Shown: piece by piece, positions 29,880-39,373 of the stretch | How the letters are laid out: every line of letters begins with the position of its first letter | Numbering within the stretch: position 1 is the stretch's first letter | From: Gemmatimonadota bacterium | Lineage (GTDB): Bacteria > Gemmatimonadota > Gemmatimonadetes > Gemmatimonadales > GWC2-71-9 | Length of the DNA stretch: 64,000 nucleotides | Direction: 5' to 3' | NCBI GenBank assembly: GCA_039586365.1 | Contig: JBDHKN010000004.1 | Span: 29,036-93,035, forward strand | Notes under the pieces: generated by a model | Seen by the model: only the letters and a program-made list of their open reading frames with translations | Told to the model about the DNA's origin: nothing | Database searches by the model: none | Program-made: the position numbers and the translations under genes

Positions 29880-31517
29880 ATGTTGTCCAGCATTCGAAAC
29901 CGCTTGATCATCATCGCCGTCCTCGTCGGCGTCAGTGTCTTTTCTCTCATACCCCGGGACGTCACCAATCGCGTGAGAGGTGCCGATGGGGCGATGAAAG
30001 ACACGACGGTGAGGCGGGTCCCGCTCAAATACGGCCTCGACCTGCAGGGTGGAATTCACCTTGCCCTTGAGATTGATGAGAGTGCAGGGCGCGTACAAGA
30101 CGTCGAGGGAGCCATCGATCGGGCCCTCACAGTCATCCGCACTCGAGTGGACGAGTTTGGCGTCGCGGAACCGTTGATCCAGAAAGTTGGCTCCGACCGC
30201 ATTGTAGTGGAGCTGGCTGGGATCGACGATCCGGCTCGTGCCAAGCAGATCGTGCAGCGCTCGGCTTTCCTCGAGTTTCGTATCGTGGATATGCAGCAGA
30301 GGTTCTACGAAGCTCTACCTGCGATCGATCGCGCTCTGGTCCGCGCCGGAGTCTCGGTCGCGCCAGGGGCACCGGCCGCGCCCAGCGCTGTGCAGCAGCT
30401 GCTCGGCGCCGATTCGGTGCCACGGGATACGACTGCAGCGGATTCGGCGGAGACCCTGGAAGGTCCAGGACCGCTGTCTTCCTATTTGTTCAATGGCAGT
30501 ATCCCCGGTGAGTTTCTGGTTCCTGAAGAGGCCTATGTCAGAGTGGATAGTATCATCAGGCTGGAGGATACCCAACGGGCGATACCTAGAGGACTGGAAC
30601 TGGTATGGGGAATGGAACCACAGTCGCTGGGTGCACGTTCCTATCGCCCGCTCTACGCCGTGGATGACAGACCAATCATAACCGGAGACGTCCTGAGTGA
30701 TGCCCGGGCGACCATCGACCAGGTCACGAGGGGATCGCTTGTAACGTTCGAGCTGAACCGGGCCGGTGGCCGAGTGTTCAGGAGAGAGACCGGGCGCCAC
30801 GTGGACGACTACATGGCCATCATGCTCGACGGCCGTGTCAACCGACAGCCGCCGATCATTCGCTCACAGATATATCGCAACGGACAGATCGAGCTGGGGA
30901 GTTCGCCCCTGCGAGAGGCCCAGGACCTGGCTCTCGTGTTGAGGGCCGGCGCGCTACCGGCTCCGGTTGTGATTGTTGAAGAGCGTACTGTGGGGCCGAG
31001 CCTCGGGCGGGACTCGATCGAACGAGGCAAACGCGCGGCTGCTGCCGCGACTGTGGTCATCCTGTTAATCATGGCAGTCTATTACCGGCTGGCTGGCGTG
31101 TTGGCGCTAGGGGCCCTCGTGTTTTACGTGCTGTTCACGCTGGGCGGCTTGGCTTCGCTGGACGCAACACTCACACTCCCGGGACTAGCCGGTTTCGTAT
31201 TGTCGCTCGGTCTCGCGGTCGATGCCAATGTGCTGATATTCGAGCGCATCCGCGAAGAACTCAAGATGAGCCGGACGCCGCGGTCGGCGGTTGATGCTGG
31301 GTTTCAGCATGCAATGCCGGCGATCATCGACGCCAATGTGACAACCGTTGTCACGGCGGCATTCTTGTTCCAGTTCGGTACCGGACCCGTGAAGGGGTTC
31401 GCCGTCACTCTAATCATCGGTATTGTCGCTTCGCTGATAACGGCCGTGTTTGTCACGCGTACGTTCTTTTTGATTTGGCTCCAGCGACGTACGGTCACCG
31501 AGGGGCTGTCGATATAA
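29880..31517 (+). CDS. secD: Protein translocase subunit SecD
   Basis: GLDLQGG, RVDEFGVAEP, VGPSLG, AVDANVLIFERIREE. Confidence 0.97.
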   Translation: MLSSIRNRLIIIAVLVGVSVFSLIPRDVTNRVRGADGAMKDTTVRRVPLKYGLDLQGGIHLALEIDESAGRVQDVEGAIDRALTVIRTRVDEFGVAEPLIQKVGSDRIVVELAGIDDPARAKQIVQRSAFLEFRIVDMQQRFYEALPAIDRALVRAGVSVAPGAPAAPSAVQQLLGADSVPRDTTAADSAETLEGPGPLSSYLFNGSIPGEFLVPEEAYVRVDSIIRLEDTQRAIPRGLELVWGMEPQSLGARSYRPLYAVDDRPIITGDVLSDARATIDQVTRGSLVTFELNRAGGRVFRRETGRHVDDYMAIMLDGRVNRQPPIIRSQIYRNGQIELGSSPLREAQDLALVLRAGALPAPVVIVEERTVGPSLGRDSIERGKRAAAAATVVILLIMAVYYRLAGVLALGALVFYVLFTLGGLASLDATLTLPGLAGFVLSLGLAVDANVLIFERIREELKMSRTPRSAVDAGFQHAMPAIIDANVTTVVTAAFLFQFGTGPVKGFAVTLIIGIVASLITAVFVTRTFFLIWLQRRTVTEGLSI

Positions 31518-32485
31518 TGATCCGACTATTCGACAACGCAGACTACGATGTATTGAAACGCTGGAGAACGGCGTTCGTGACCGCGGCCGCATTCACTATC
31601 CCCGGCCTGCTCTTGCTTGGCGTTCGAGGTCTCAATACCAGTATCGAGTTCACGGGAGGAACTCTCCTCGAGCTCCATACACTCGATCCCAATGTCCGCA
31701 CCCAAGAGATCCGGTCCGCGGTCGAGGCGGCAGGGCTGAGTGGTACTGAGATCCAGACTTTTGGAGCACCCGATGAGTTTGTGATTCGAGCCCGGTTGGA
31801 TCCAAGGCAAGAAGTCACCGAAGAAACTACCCAGCAGACTGTTGCTGCGGTGCAGGGAGCCCTTGCTGTGGGTCTGGGAGACGGCATGTTTGAGATAGTG
31901 CGGACGGAAGCCATCGGCCCCAAAGTTGGTAGTGAGCTGCGGACCCGAACACAGATGTCGCTGCTGTTGGCTTTCGGAGCGATCTTCTTGTTCATCTGGC
32001 TACGCTATGAGTGGCGTTTCGGCCTAGCCGCTGTGACGGCGACCGTACACGATATCCTCACTACACTCGCGTTCGTTTCATTCCTGAATCTGGAAGTCTC
32101 ACTGGTAGTTGTGGCTGGGTTGTTGACGATCATCGGGTACTCCCTCAACGACACGATCGTCACATTCGATCGGGTGCGGGAGAACCTGAGACGTTACCGA
32201 CGCAAGAACATCTACGAAATCCTCAACCGCAGCATAAATGAGACGCTGCCACGAACCGTCCTTACTTCGGTCACCACCCTGAGCGCCACACTCGCCCTGT
32301 TATTGATCGCGGGCGCGACGATCAGGGGGTTTGCCTGGGTGATGACTTTTGGCGTCATCACGGGGACCTTCTCGTCGATCTTCATCGCCTCGCCGCTCCT
32401 CCTCGCAATCGAGCACAAGTGGCCGGGTGAAGACGTGCGCGGCGCCAAGACTCTGGCGGGCTCCGGGGCTGCAGTCATCACCTAG
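31517..32485 (+). CDS. secF: Protein translocase subunit SecF
   Basis: IEFTGG, IGPKVGSEL, GYSLNDTIVTFDRVREN, GTFSSIFIA. Confidence 0.97.
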   Translation: MIRLFDNADYDVLKRWRTAFVTAAAFTIPGLLLLGVRGLNTSIEFTGGTLLELHTLDPNVRTQEIRSAVEAAGLSGTEIQTFGAPDEFVIRARLDPRQEVTEETTQQTVAAVQGALAVGLGDGMFEIVRTEAIGPKVGSELRTRTQMSLLLAFGAIFLFIWLRYEWRFGLAAVTATVHDILTTLAFVSFLNLEVSLVVVAGLLTIIGYSLNDTIVTFDRVRENLRRYRRKNIYEILNRSINETLPRTVLTSVTTLSATLALLLIAGATIRGFAWVMTFGVITGTFSSIFIASPLLLAIEHKWPGEDVRGAKTLAGSGAAVIT

Positions 32486-32502
32486 TATCAGCCGGGCACG
32501 CC

Positions 32503-33279
32503 GTGCTGGTCGATACCCACTGTCACTTGGGGGACGCGCTGTTCGACCCCGACCGCGATGATGTCGTTGAGCGTGCGCGGACGGCTGGCGTCCGGCACGT
32601 CGTTGTGATCGCTGATTCGGACGGGGCGACGCTCAAGGCCATGGAACTGGCTTCGCACTATGGCCTGTCGGCCACGGCGGGTGTGCATCCACACGTGGCT
32701 TCCACATGGAATGACGCGGTGGCCCGCAGGATCGAGTGCGCCGTGGCTGATCCGCGGGTAGTGGCAGTGGGCGAAGCCGGTCTCGACTACCACTACGAGC
32801 ACTCCCCTCGTGACGTTCAACGCATGGTGTTCGCCAAGCAGCTGGAATTGGCAGCCCTAGTATCCAAACCGATCGTGGTCCACAGTCGCTCAGCCGACCA
32901 TGACATGGTGGCGATGCTGCGCGACAGTAATGCGACCGCTGTGCTCCATTCCTTCAGTGCCGGGCCAGATGTGCTGCAGGCCGGCCTGGACCGGGGAGAT
33001 TACATTTCGTTCTCCGGAATGGTGACTTTCAAGTCGTGGTCTGATCTCGAGGCCGTCAACGCAGTCCCTCGCAATCGAATACTAGTGGAGACCGATGCTC
33101 CCTACTTGGCGCCTGTGCCGCATCGGGGCAAGCGTAATGAACCGGCCTTTGTATTACATGTAGCGGCGAAATTGGCAGAGTTGCGGGGGATTCCGTCGGA
33201 CGAGCTGGGAGCGCAAACGACAGCGAACGCCGCCCGGTGTTTCGGACCTCGCGTTACCCTGCAACCATGCATGAATTAG
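32503..33279 (+). CDS. tatD: TatD family deoxyribonuclease
   Basis: DTHCHL, GVHPH, GEAGLDY, VHSR, ETDAPYLAP. Confidence 0.95.
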   Translation: MLVDTHCHLGDALFDPDRDDVVERARTAGVRHVVVIADSDGATLKAMELASHYGLSATAGVHPHVASTWNDAVARRIECAVADPRVVAVGEAGLDYHYEHSPRDVQRMVFAKQLELAALVSKPIVVHSRSADHDMVAMLRDSNATAVLHSFSAGPDVLQAGLDRGDYISFSGMVTFKSWSDLEAVNAVPRNRILVETDAPYLAPVPHRGKRNEPAFVLHVAAKLAELRGIPSDELGAQTTANAARCFGPRVTLQPCMN

Positions 33280-33281
33280 CG

Positions 33282-33552
33282 ATGACAAACAGGATTCCGT
33301 CCGACATAGAGATAGCCCAGGCCGCCAGGTTGCGCCCTATCAGGGATCTGGCGCTGGAGCTGGGCTTGACTGACGACGAGTTGAACTGCTTTGGCACCAC
33401 GAATGCAAAGGTGCGACTCGATGCCCTCGACTCTCGGAAACGGCGGGGCAGGCCTTGCCGGTGACATCATGACCATGCCCGGACTGGTCAGAGTACCGGC
33501 AGCGGAATGGATGAAGGTTACCAGACAGGGTAAGTTTGCAAGATTGTCTTAG
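33282..33552 (+). pseudogene. fhs: Formate--tetrahydrofolate ligase remnant: N- and C-termini joined out of frame
   Basis: PSDIEIAQAARLRPI..A..LGL..DEL..FG...AKV (N-terminus), then in another frame LAGDIMTMPGL..VPAA (C-terminus) ending TAG 33552. Confidence 0.85.
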
Positions 33553-33583
33553 CATTGGCACGGACGATGATTTGGAGCCACAC

Positions 33584-33961
33584 ATGGAATTCATAGCTAC
33601 CGCAGGTGCGCCGGCCGCTATCGGACCCTACAGTCAGGCGGTCATCGCTGGCGATTTCGTTTTCACGGCCGGCCAGATCGCGCTTGATCCAAACAGCATG
33701 GAGCTGGTTGGGTCGAACGTGACCGACCAAACGGAACGCGTCTTTGCGAACCTAACGGCCGTGCTCGAGGCAGCTGGTCTGGGCCTGCAAGACGTTGTCA
33801 AGGCCACGGTGTTCCTGGTGGATATGGCCGATTTCGCCGCCATGAATGAGGTATATGGCAAACACTTCGGCAACCACAAACCGGCTCGCTCGGCCGTTCA
33901 GGTGGCCGCGCTGCCGAAGAACGCGCTGGTGGAGATCGAGGCAGTAGCGCTCAAGTCGTAG
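33584..33961 (+). CDS. ridA: RidA (YjgF/YER057c/UK114) reactive intermediate deaminase
   Basis: APAAIGPYSQA, GQIAL, FAAMNEVY, PARSAVQVAALP..ALVEIEA. Confidence 0.95.
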   Translation: MEFIATAGAPAAIGPYSQAVIAGDFVFTAGQIALDPNSMELVGSNVTDQTERVFANLTAVLEAAGLGLQDVVKATVFLVDMADFAAMNEVYGKHFGNHKPARSAVQVAALPKNALVEIEAVALKS

Positions 33962-34077
33962 CCGAAGCAGGCCTGATGCGCGCTGGCGGATCCATTGGTG
34001 CGGGGGATTCGTGATCGCACGACGCTGTCTCTTCTGCGACCCTTGCCTTCTTGCACGTAAGCCCGAGTGCCATTAGC

Positions 34078-34098
34078 CCCGGCTCCCGGCTCCCGGCT
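34078..34098. repeat. Heptamer tandem repeat (CCCGGCT)x3
   Basis: Reverse complement of the GGGAGCC unit in the arrays at 36298 and 39378. Confidence 0.7.
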
Positions 34099-34369
34099 CC
34101 GCGACCATTCCAATTCGCCGTTCATCTCTTACAATTACAACTGGATACCTGCATCGTCGTCCGCTGCTGAGCTCTGCCGGGCAGGAGGCGAAGGAGTGGG
34201 CCCAGCCCCGCCAGCCCGGCCCGTGCAACGGCCAGACAGCGCCGTTCTGGTGTAACCTCAGAGACGCAGTCAAACGAGCGCAGCGGACAAGTCAGTGCTT
34301 GGCCGGGAGCACCGCTGGGTGGGGAATCGGACGACTAGCCATCGGGACGGGTGAATAGGAGGAAGGCAC

Positions 34370-35365
34370 GTGGACATGAATCGCGACATTGAGGCAATAC
34401 AAGAGAGGATCCAACAGGAGAGTAGTTTCGTTGCTCGGCTCGTTGACGAAGTGGCACGAGTGATAGTGGGGCAACGCCATATGGTCGAGCGGCTGCTCAT
34501 AGGATTGCTGGCGGACGGTCACGTTCTCATGGAAGGTGTGCCTGGCTTGGCAAAGACCATGACGGTTCGGACTCTGGCTCGGGCAATCCAGACATCCTTC
34601 CACCGAATCCAGTTCACACCGGACCTCCTACCGGCGGATCTCATCGGTACCCTCGTCTACGATCCGCAGTCATCTGAATTCAAGACGAAGAAGGGCCCGG
34701 TATTCGCCAACATCATCTTGGCGGACGAGATCAACCGCTCACCGGCCAAGGTGCAGTCAGCTCTCCTGGAGGCAATGCAGGAACGCACTGTCACGATAGG
34801 AGAAACCACGTTCCCGCTGGACGTGCCGTTCCTGGTACTGGCTACCCAGAATCCCATTGAGCAGGAGGGAACCTACCCGTTGCCCGAGGCCCAAGTCGAC
34901 CGGTTCATGCTGAAGCTATCGGTGGGTTACCCCAACAAGGACGAGGAGCTCGAGATCATGCGCCGCATGGCGAGCGGGCCCGAACCGGAGGTGGCCGTGG
35001 CCGTCGAGCCTGCCGAGATCCTGCGTGCCCGCAAAGCCACCGAGATCATCTATATGGACCCCCAAGTGGAGCGCTACATAGTAGATCTGGTATTTGCGAC
35101 GCGCGATCCCAAGGAGTATGGCTTGAACGACCTCACCGATCTCATCGCCTACGGTGCCTCACCACGTGCCACGATATATCTGGCCAAGACGGCGCGGGCT
35201 CACGCCTTCCTCCGGCGTCGCGGCTACGTAACGCCGGAGGATGTGCGTTCCGTGGGCATGGACGTGTTGCGCCATCGGGTACTACTCACCTACGAAGCCG
35301 AGGCCGAGGAAGTGACGCCGGAGGATGTAGTGACTCGTGTGCTGAACAACGTTGAGGTTCCGTGA
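34370..35365 (+). CDS. moxR: MoxR family AAA+ ATPase
   Basis: GVPGLAKT, RIQFTPDLLPAD, LADEINR, ATQNPIEQEGTYPLPEAQVDRF, GASPRA. Confidence 0.95.
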   Translation: MDMNRDIEAIQERIQQESSFVARLVDEVARVIVGQRHMVERLLIGLLADGHVLMEGVPGLAKTMTVRTLARAIQTSFHRIQFTPDLLPADLIGTLVYDPQSSEFKTKKGPVFANIILADEINRSPAKVQSALLEAMQERTVTIGETTFPLDVPFLVLATQNPIEQEGTYPLPEAQVDRFMLKLSVGYPNKDEELEIMRRMASGPEPEVAVAVEPAEILRARKATEIIYMDPQVERYIVDLVFATRDPKEYGLNDLTDLIAYGASPRATIYLAKTARAHAFLRRRGYVTPEDVRSVGMDVLRHRVLLTYEAEAEEVTPEDVVTRVLNNVEVP

Positions 35366-35375
35366 TCAAGTCCCA

Positions 35376-36254
35376 ATGATTCCGCGGGAGATACTCAAGA
35401 AGGTCCGCCGCATAGAGATCGCGACACGGGGTCTCGTCAACGACGTGTTCTCGGGCGAGTACCACTCGGTGTTCAAGGGACGCGGGATGAACTTCGCCGA
35501 GGTTCGTGAATACCAGTACGGGGACGACATACGGAGCGTCGACTGGAATGTCACCGCACGTACAGGTTCTCCCTATGTGAAGGTGTTCGAGGAAGAACGT
35601 GAACTCACCGTGATGCTGGCGGTCGACGTGAGTGGCTCCGGTGATTTCGGCACCCGCGAACGCATGAAAGGCGAGATAGCCGTGGAGATTTGCGCGCTAC
35701 TGGCCTTCAGCGCGATCAAGAACAACGACAAGGTCGGACTCATCATCTTCAGCGATCGAATCGAGAAGTTCGTGCCGCCGCGTAAAGGCAGGAGGCACGT
35801 GCTTCGAGTGTTGCGCGAGCTGCTCTACAGCGAACCTGCCGGGCGCGAGACAGACATTGCCGGAGCACTTCAGTACTTGGCTCGTGTGGTTCGCCGCAGG
35901 GCCGTCGTTTTCCTCGTCTCCGATTTCCTGGGGGCAGACTATCAGAAGGCCCTTTCCGTTGCCGGGCGCCGCCACGACGTGATAGCCGTGCGTATGTGTG
36001 ACCGACGTGAGATGGAATTGCCGGCTATCGGGTACGTCGAATTCGAGGACGCAGAGTCCGGTGAGCACGTGATGGTGAATACGTCTGACCGAAGTTTCCG
36101 CGCCGCCTTCCTGCAGCGGGCCGCGCAGAACAAGGTGGTCCTGGATCGGATATTCAAGCAGACCAAGGTGGACGTGATCGACATCGAGACAGGTCAGCAG
36201 TACGTGGATCCGCTGATGCGGTTCTTCAAGGAGCGGGCACGGAGGTTCCGGTGA
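35376..36254 (+). CDS. DUF58 protein (VWA-like) of Bat operon
   Basis: GMNFAEVREYQYGDDIRSVDWNVTAR, DVSGS, SDF. Confidence 0.93.
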   Translation: MIPREILKKVRRIEIATRGLVNDVFSGEYHSVFKGRGMNFAEVREYQYGDDIRSVDWNVTARTGSPYVKVFEEERELTVMLAVDVSGSGDFGTRERMKGEIAVEICALLAFSAIKNNDKVGLIIFSDRIEKFVPPRKGRRHVLRVLRELLYSEPAGRETDIAGALQYLARVVRRRAVVFLVSDFLGADYQKALSVAGRRHDVIAVRMCDRREMELPAIGYVEFEDAESGEHVMVNTSDRSFRAAFLQRAAQNKVVLDRIFKQTKVDVIDIETGQQYVDPLMRFFKERARRFR

Positions 36255-37327
36255 CCTGGAGTCTAACGGCGATCTTCGTGGGAGCAGTGTTTTTGGTGGG
36301 AGCGGAGAGCGGAGAGCAGGGAGCCGGGAGTGGGGAGCGGCAGCAGACCGCTCCGCTCATTGCCACGGAGCTCGACGCGACGACGGTAACCGTCGGCGAT
36401 CGCGTGCGTTTGACGGTCACTGTGGAGCACGCATCCGGCGCCACGGTCACGTGGCCCGACTCAATCGACTTCGGCAAGTTCGAGCTGATCGATGCGCAGT
36501 ATCTGGAACCGCGCCGCGACGGTGGCGTTGTGCGGACGGTCGCTCAATTCGCGCTGACTGCGTTCGAGTTGGGCGAAATCGAGCTGCCGAGTTTCACAGT
36601 GGTCGTTACGAGCCCGGACAGCACGTCCGCTGTGTCGCTGGTAACCGACTCGTGGACGGTGACCGTGGCGAGTGTAGGGCCGGACGAGGCTGGCGACATC
36701 CGTGACATCAAGGGTCCGCTCGCGATTCCCAGGAACTGGTTGCTGCTGGTGCCGTGGATTCTCGTGTCAGCAGCGCTCGCTGGGGGTGCATACTGGCTCT
36801 ACCGTCGGATCAAACGCCGTCCCCAGCCGGCCGTGGATGCGACCCCGACACCAGCCAGGCCGCCGCATGAGGTTGCTTTCGAGATGCTGGACCGGCTAGC
36901 AGCGTCCGGGTTGCTGGAGCAGGGGGAGATCAAAGCCTACTACATAGCGGTGTCAGAAATAGTCAGACGCTACATCGAGGGACGGTACGGCGTGGATGCC
37001 CTCGAGATGGCGACCTACGAGGTGCTCCAACACTTGGAGGCCATGGGGGTTCCCCCAGGCATCCGGTCTCAGTTCGACCTATTTTTGGGCGATTGCGATC
37101 TCGTCAAGTTCGCGAAGTACCGACCGGAGATCGGGGCTTGTCGCGAGATCGTGCCTCGGGCGAGGAACATCGTTACCGCTACCAGACTCGTGGAAGCGCC
37201 ACAGGAGCAGGAAATGAAGGGTGCAGAGCTGCCAGGGGACAGAGTAACGGTCGCCGAGGGCGGAACTGCTGCCGCAGCCGCCGTGCCGGATGCCCTGCGG
37301 AGTGGTGCGAGTGGGGAGGGGGAATGA
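36251..37327 (+). CDS. Bat-operon membrane protein (BatD-like Ig domain + TM + helical tail)
   Basis: TVGDRVRLTVTV, DIRDIKGP, TM helix, YIEGRYG..ALEM, DLVKFAK. Confidence 0.8.
   Translation: MTWSLTAIFVGAVFLVGAESGEQGAGSGERQQTAPLIATELDATTVTVGDRVRLTVTVEHASGATVTWPDSIDFGKFELIDAQYLEPRRDGGVVRTVAQFALTAFELGEIELPSFTVVVTSPDSTSAVSLVTDSWTVTVASVGPDEAGDIRDIKGPLAIPRNWLLLVPWILVSAALAGGAYWLYRRIKRRPQPAVDATPTPARPPHEVAFEMLDRLAASGLLEQGEIKAYYIAVSEIVRRYIEGRYGVDALEMATYEVLQHLEAMGVPPGIRSQFDLFLGDCDLVKFAKYRPEIGACREIVPRARNIVTATRLVEAPQEQEMKGAELPGDRVTVAEGGTAAAAAVPDALRSGASGEGE
36298..36339 (+). repeat. Heptamer array, 6 units of G(G/A)GAG(C/T)N, inside CDS
   Basis: GGGAGCG GAGAGCG GAGAGCA GGGAGCC GGGAGTG GGGAGCG. Confidence 0.85.
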
Positions 37328-38316
37328 CCTACCGGTTCTCTGATCCTCAGTACCTCCTGCTACTGCTAGCGCTGCCTGCGCTTGTCTACTGGCATTTCGC
37401 AAAGCGGGGGAAGGGCGTCGGCAGCCTCCGCTACTCGGACGTCCAAGCGCTGATACAGTCTGATACCGGTAGAACAGGTAGGTATCGGCACATGCTCCTG
37501 GGATTGCGCATACTCGCTCTTGCGGCTCTGATAGTCGCGTTTGCCAGGCCACAGTCCGGCGTGTCCAACGAATCTGTGGTGACAGAGGGCATCGACATAA
37601 TCCTCGCGCTCGACATCTCGAGTTCCATGCTGGCCGAAGACCTCGCTCCAAACCGGATCCAGGCTGCCAAGCAGGTCGCCGCCGACTTCGTGCGTGGTCG
37701 TCGCAACGATCGGATTGGCTTGGTCGCGTTTGCCGGCGAGGCTTTCACTCAGGTCCCGCTGACGCTCGACTACGACGTGGTCGGCCTGCTCCTGGATGAG
37801 CTCGCAGTGGGGATGATTGAGGATGGGACCGCCATCGGTATGGGATTGGCCACGGCCGTAAAACGATTACAGGATAGTGCTGCGGATTCCAAAGTGATCG
37901 TGTTGCTGACTGACGGACGCAACAACCGAGGTGAGATCGATCCGGTCACTGCGGCTCAGATGGCTCAAGCACTGGGGATCAAGGTGTACGCTATCGGTGC
38001 AGGCACACGCGGTACAGCGCGCGTGCCGGTGGACGACCCGGTGTTCGGCAAGCGCTACGTGGGGATGCGGGTCGATATTGACGAAGACGTGCTCAAGGAA
38101 GTCGCCAGACTGACGGAAGGGATCTACTACCGCGCGACCGACACGGAGAGCCTCGCAAATGTCTACCGGGAGATCGACGAATTGGAGACCACGGAAATAG
38201 AGGTCCAACACTTCACGCGGTACGGTGAGCTGTTCCGTACTCCGCTCATCATCGGATTGACTCTGGTGGTGCTCGAAATGACTCTGGGGAACACGCTGCT
38301 GCGGAAGTTGCCATGA
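37324..38316 (+). CDS. batA: VWA domain protein BatA
   Basis: N-terminal BatA TM region, MIDAS DISSSM, DGTAIG, LLTDG. Confidence 0.9.
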   Translation: MTYRFSDPQYLLLLLALPALVYWHFAKRGKGVGSLRYSDVQALIQSDTGRTGRYRHMLLGLRILALAALIVAFARPQSGVSNESVVTEGIDIILALDISSSMLAEDLAPNRIQAAKQVAADFVRGRRNDRIGLVAFAGEAFTQVPLTLDYDVVGLLLDELAVGMIEDGTAIGMGLATAVKRLQDSAADSKVIVLLTDGRNNRGEIDPVTAAQMAQALGIKVYAIGAGTRGTARVPVDDPVFGKRYVGMRVDIDEDVLKEVARLTEGIYYRATDTESLANVYREIDELETTEIEVQHFTRYGELFRTPLIIGLTLVVLEMTLGNTLLRKLP

Positions 38317-38341
38317 CGCAAGACGGAGGCTGGTAGCCACA

Positions 38342-39373
38342 GTGTTTCGGTTCGGATTCGGCCAGGCGGTCTACGGCTATCTCTTAGTGCCGCTGCTGAT
38401 CGTGTTCCTGTGGCTTGCCGTGCGGCTCGGGCGCCGGGCGCTGGCGCGGTTTGGCGAGCGCGAGTTGGTCAAACGGTTGACTCAAACCCTCAGCTGGCGT
38501 CGTCGAGCTGCGAAACTCGTGCTGCTCGTTGTCGCCGTGGCGGCGCTCGTGACAGCGTTGGCGCAGCCGCAGTTCGGTACTCGAGTGGAGACCGTGAGGC
38601 GCCAAGGCCAGGACATTGTAGTGGCACTGGACCTATCGAACTCCATGCTAGCCGAGGACATTGCACCGAACCGGCTGCAGAGGGCAAGACTAGCCATGGC
38701 GCAACTGATCACCCGACTCGACGGAGATCGGATTGGTCTCATCGCCTTTGCAGGCGAGGCGTTCGTACAGTGTCCGCTAACGGTGGACTATGCTGCTGCG
38801 ACACTGTTCTTGAACGCGATGGAACCCGCCATTGTGCCGGTTCAAGGCACCGATCTCGGAGCCGCGCTGGAAACCGCGCTGGGTACGTTCGACGTTGAGG
38901 AGAGCCAGCATCGGATGATCATCGTCATCACCGACGGTGAGGATCACGAGGGAGCGATCGATGGTGCTGTGGAACAGGCTGTGGATGCAGGGATCAAAAT
39001 CTACACAGTTGGGATCGGGTCGACGGACGGTGTCCCGATACCCGACTACGACGAGCAGGGCCGCCGGCGTGGTTTCAAGCGTGACGCACAAGGTAATGTC
39101 GTGACCACTCGGCTGGATGAGGCGACACTGCAGCGAATCGCTACGCGGACAGGAGGCAGATACATACGCGCCACCGGGCGCGGCAGGGAACTGGGCTCAC
39201 TAACCGATGAGATTGCGTCAATGGAAGGTCGAGAAATCGAAGCTCAGCAAGTCACGCAATTCGAGGAGCAGTACCAACTCTTTCTGGGTTTGGCACTCGT
39301 GCTGCTGATCGCTGAGTTCTTCATTCCGGATCGCATGCGCGTGAAACGCGAATGGCGCGGGAGGTTTGTGTGA
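38342..39373 (+). CDS. batB: VWA domain protein BatB
   Basis: DLSNSM, QCPLTVDY, QGTDLG, ITDGEDHE, VVTTRLDE. Confidence 0.88.
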   Translation: MFRFGFGQAVYGYLLVPLLIVFLWLAVRLGRRALARFGERELVKRLTQTLSWRRRAAKLVLLVVAVAALVTALAQPQFGTRVETVRRQGQDIVVALDLSNSMLAEDIAPNRLQRARLAMAQLITRLDGDRIGLIAFAGEAFVQCPLTVDYAAATLFLNAMEPAIVPVQGTDLGAALETALGTFDVEESQHRMIIVITDGEDHEGAIDGAVEQAVDAGIKIYTVGIGSTDGVPIPDYDEQGRRRGFKRDAQGNVVTTRLDEATLQRIATRTGGRYIRATGRGRELGSLTDEIASMEGREIEAQQVTQFEEQYQLFLGLALVLLIAEFFIPDRMRVKREWRGRFV

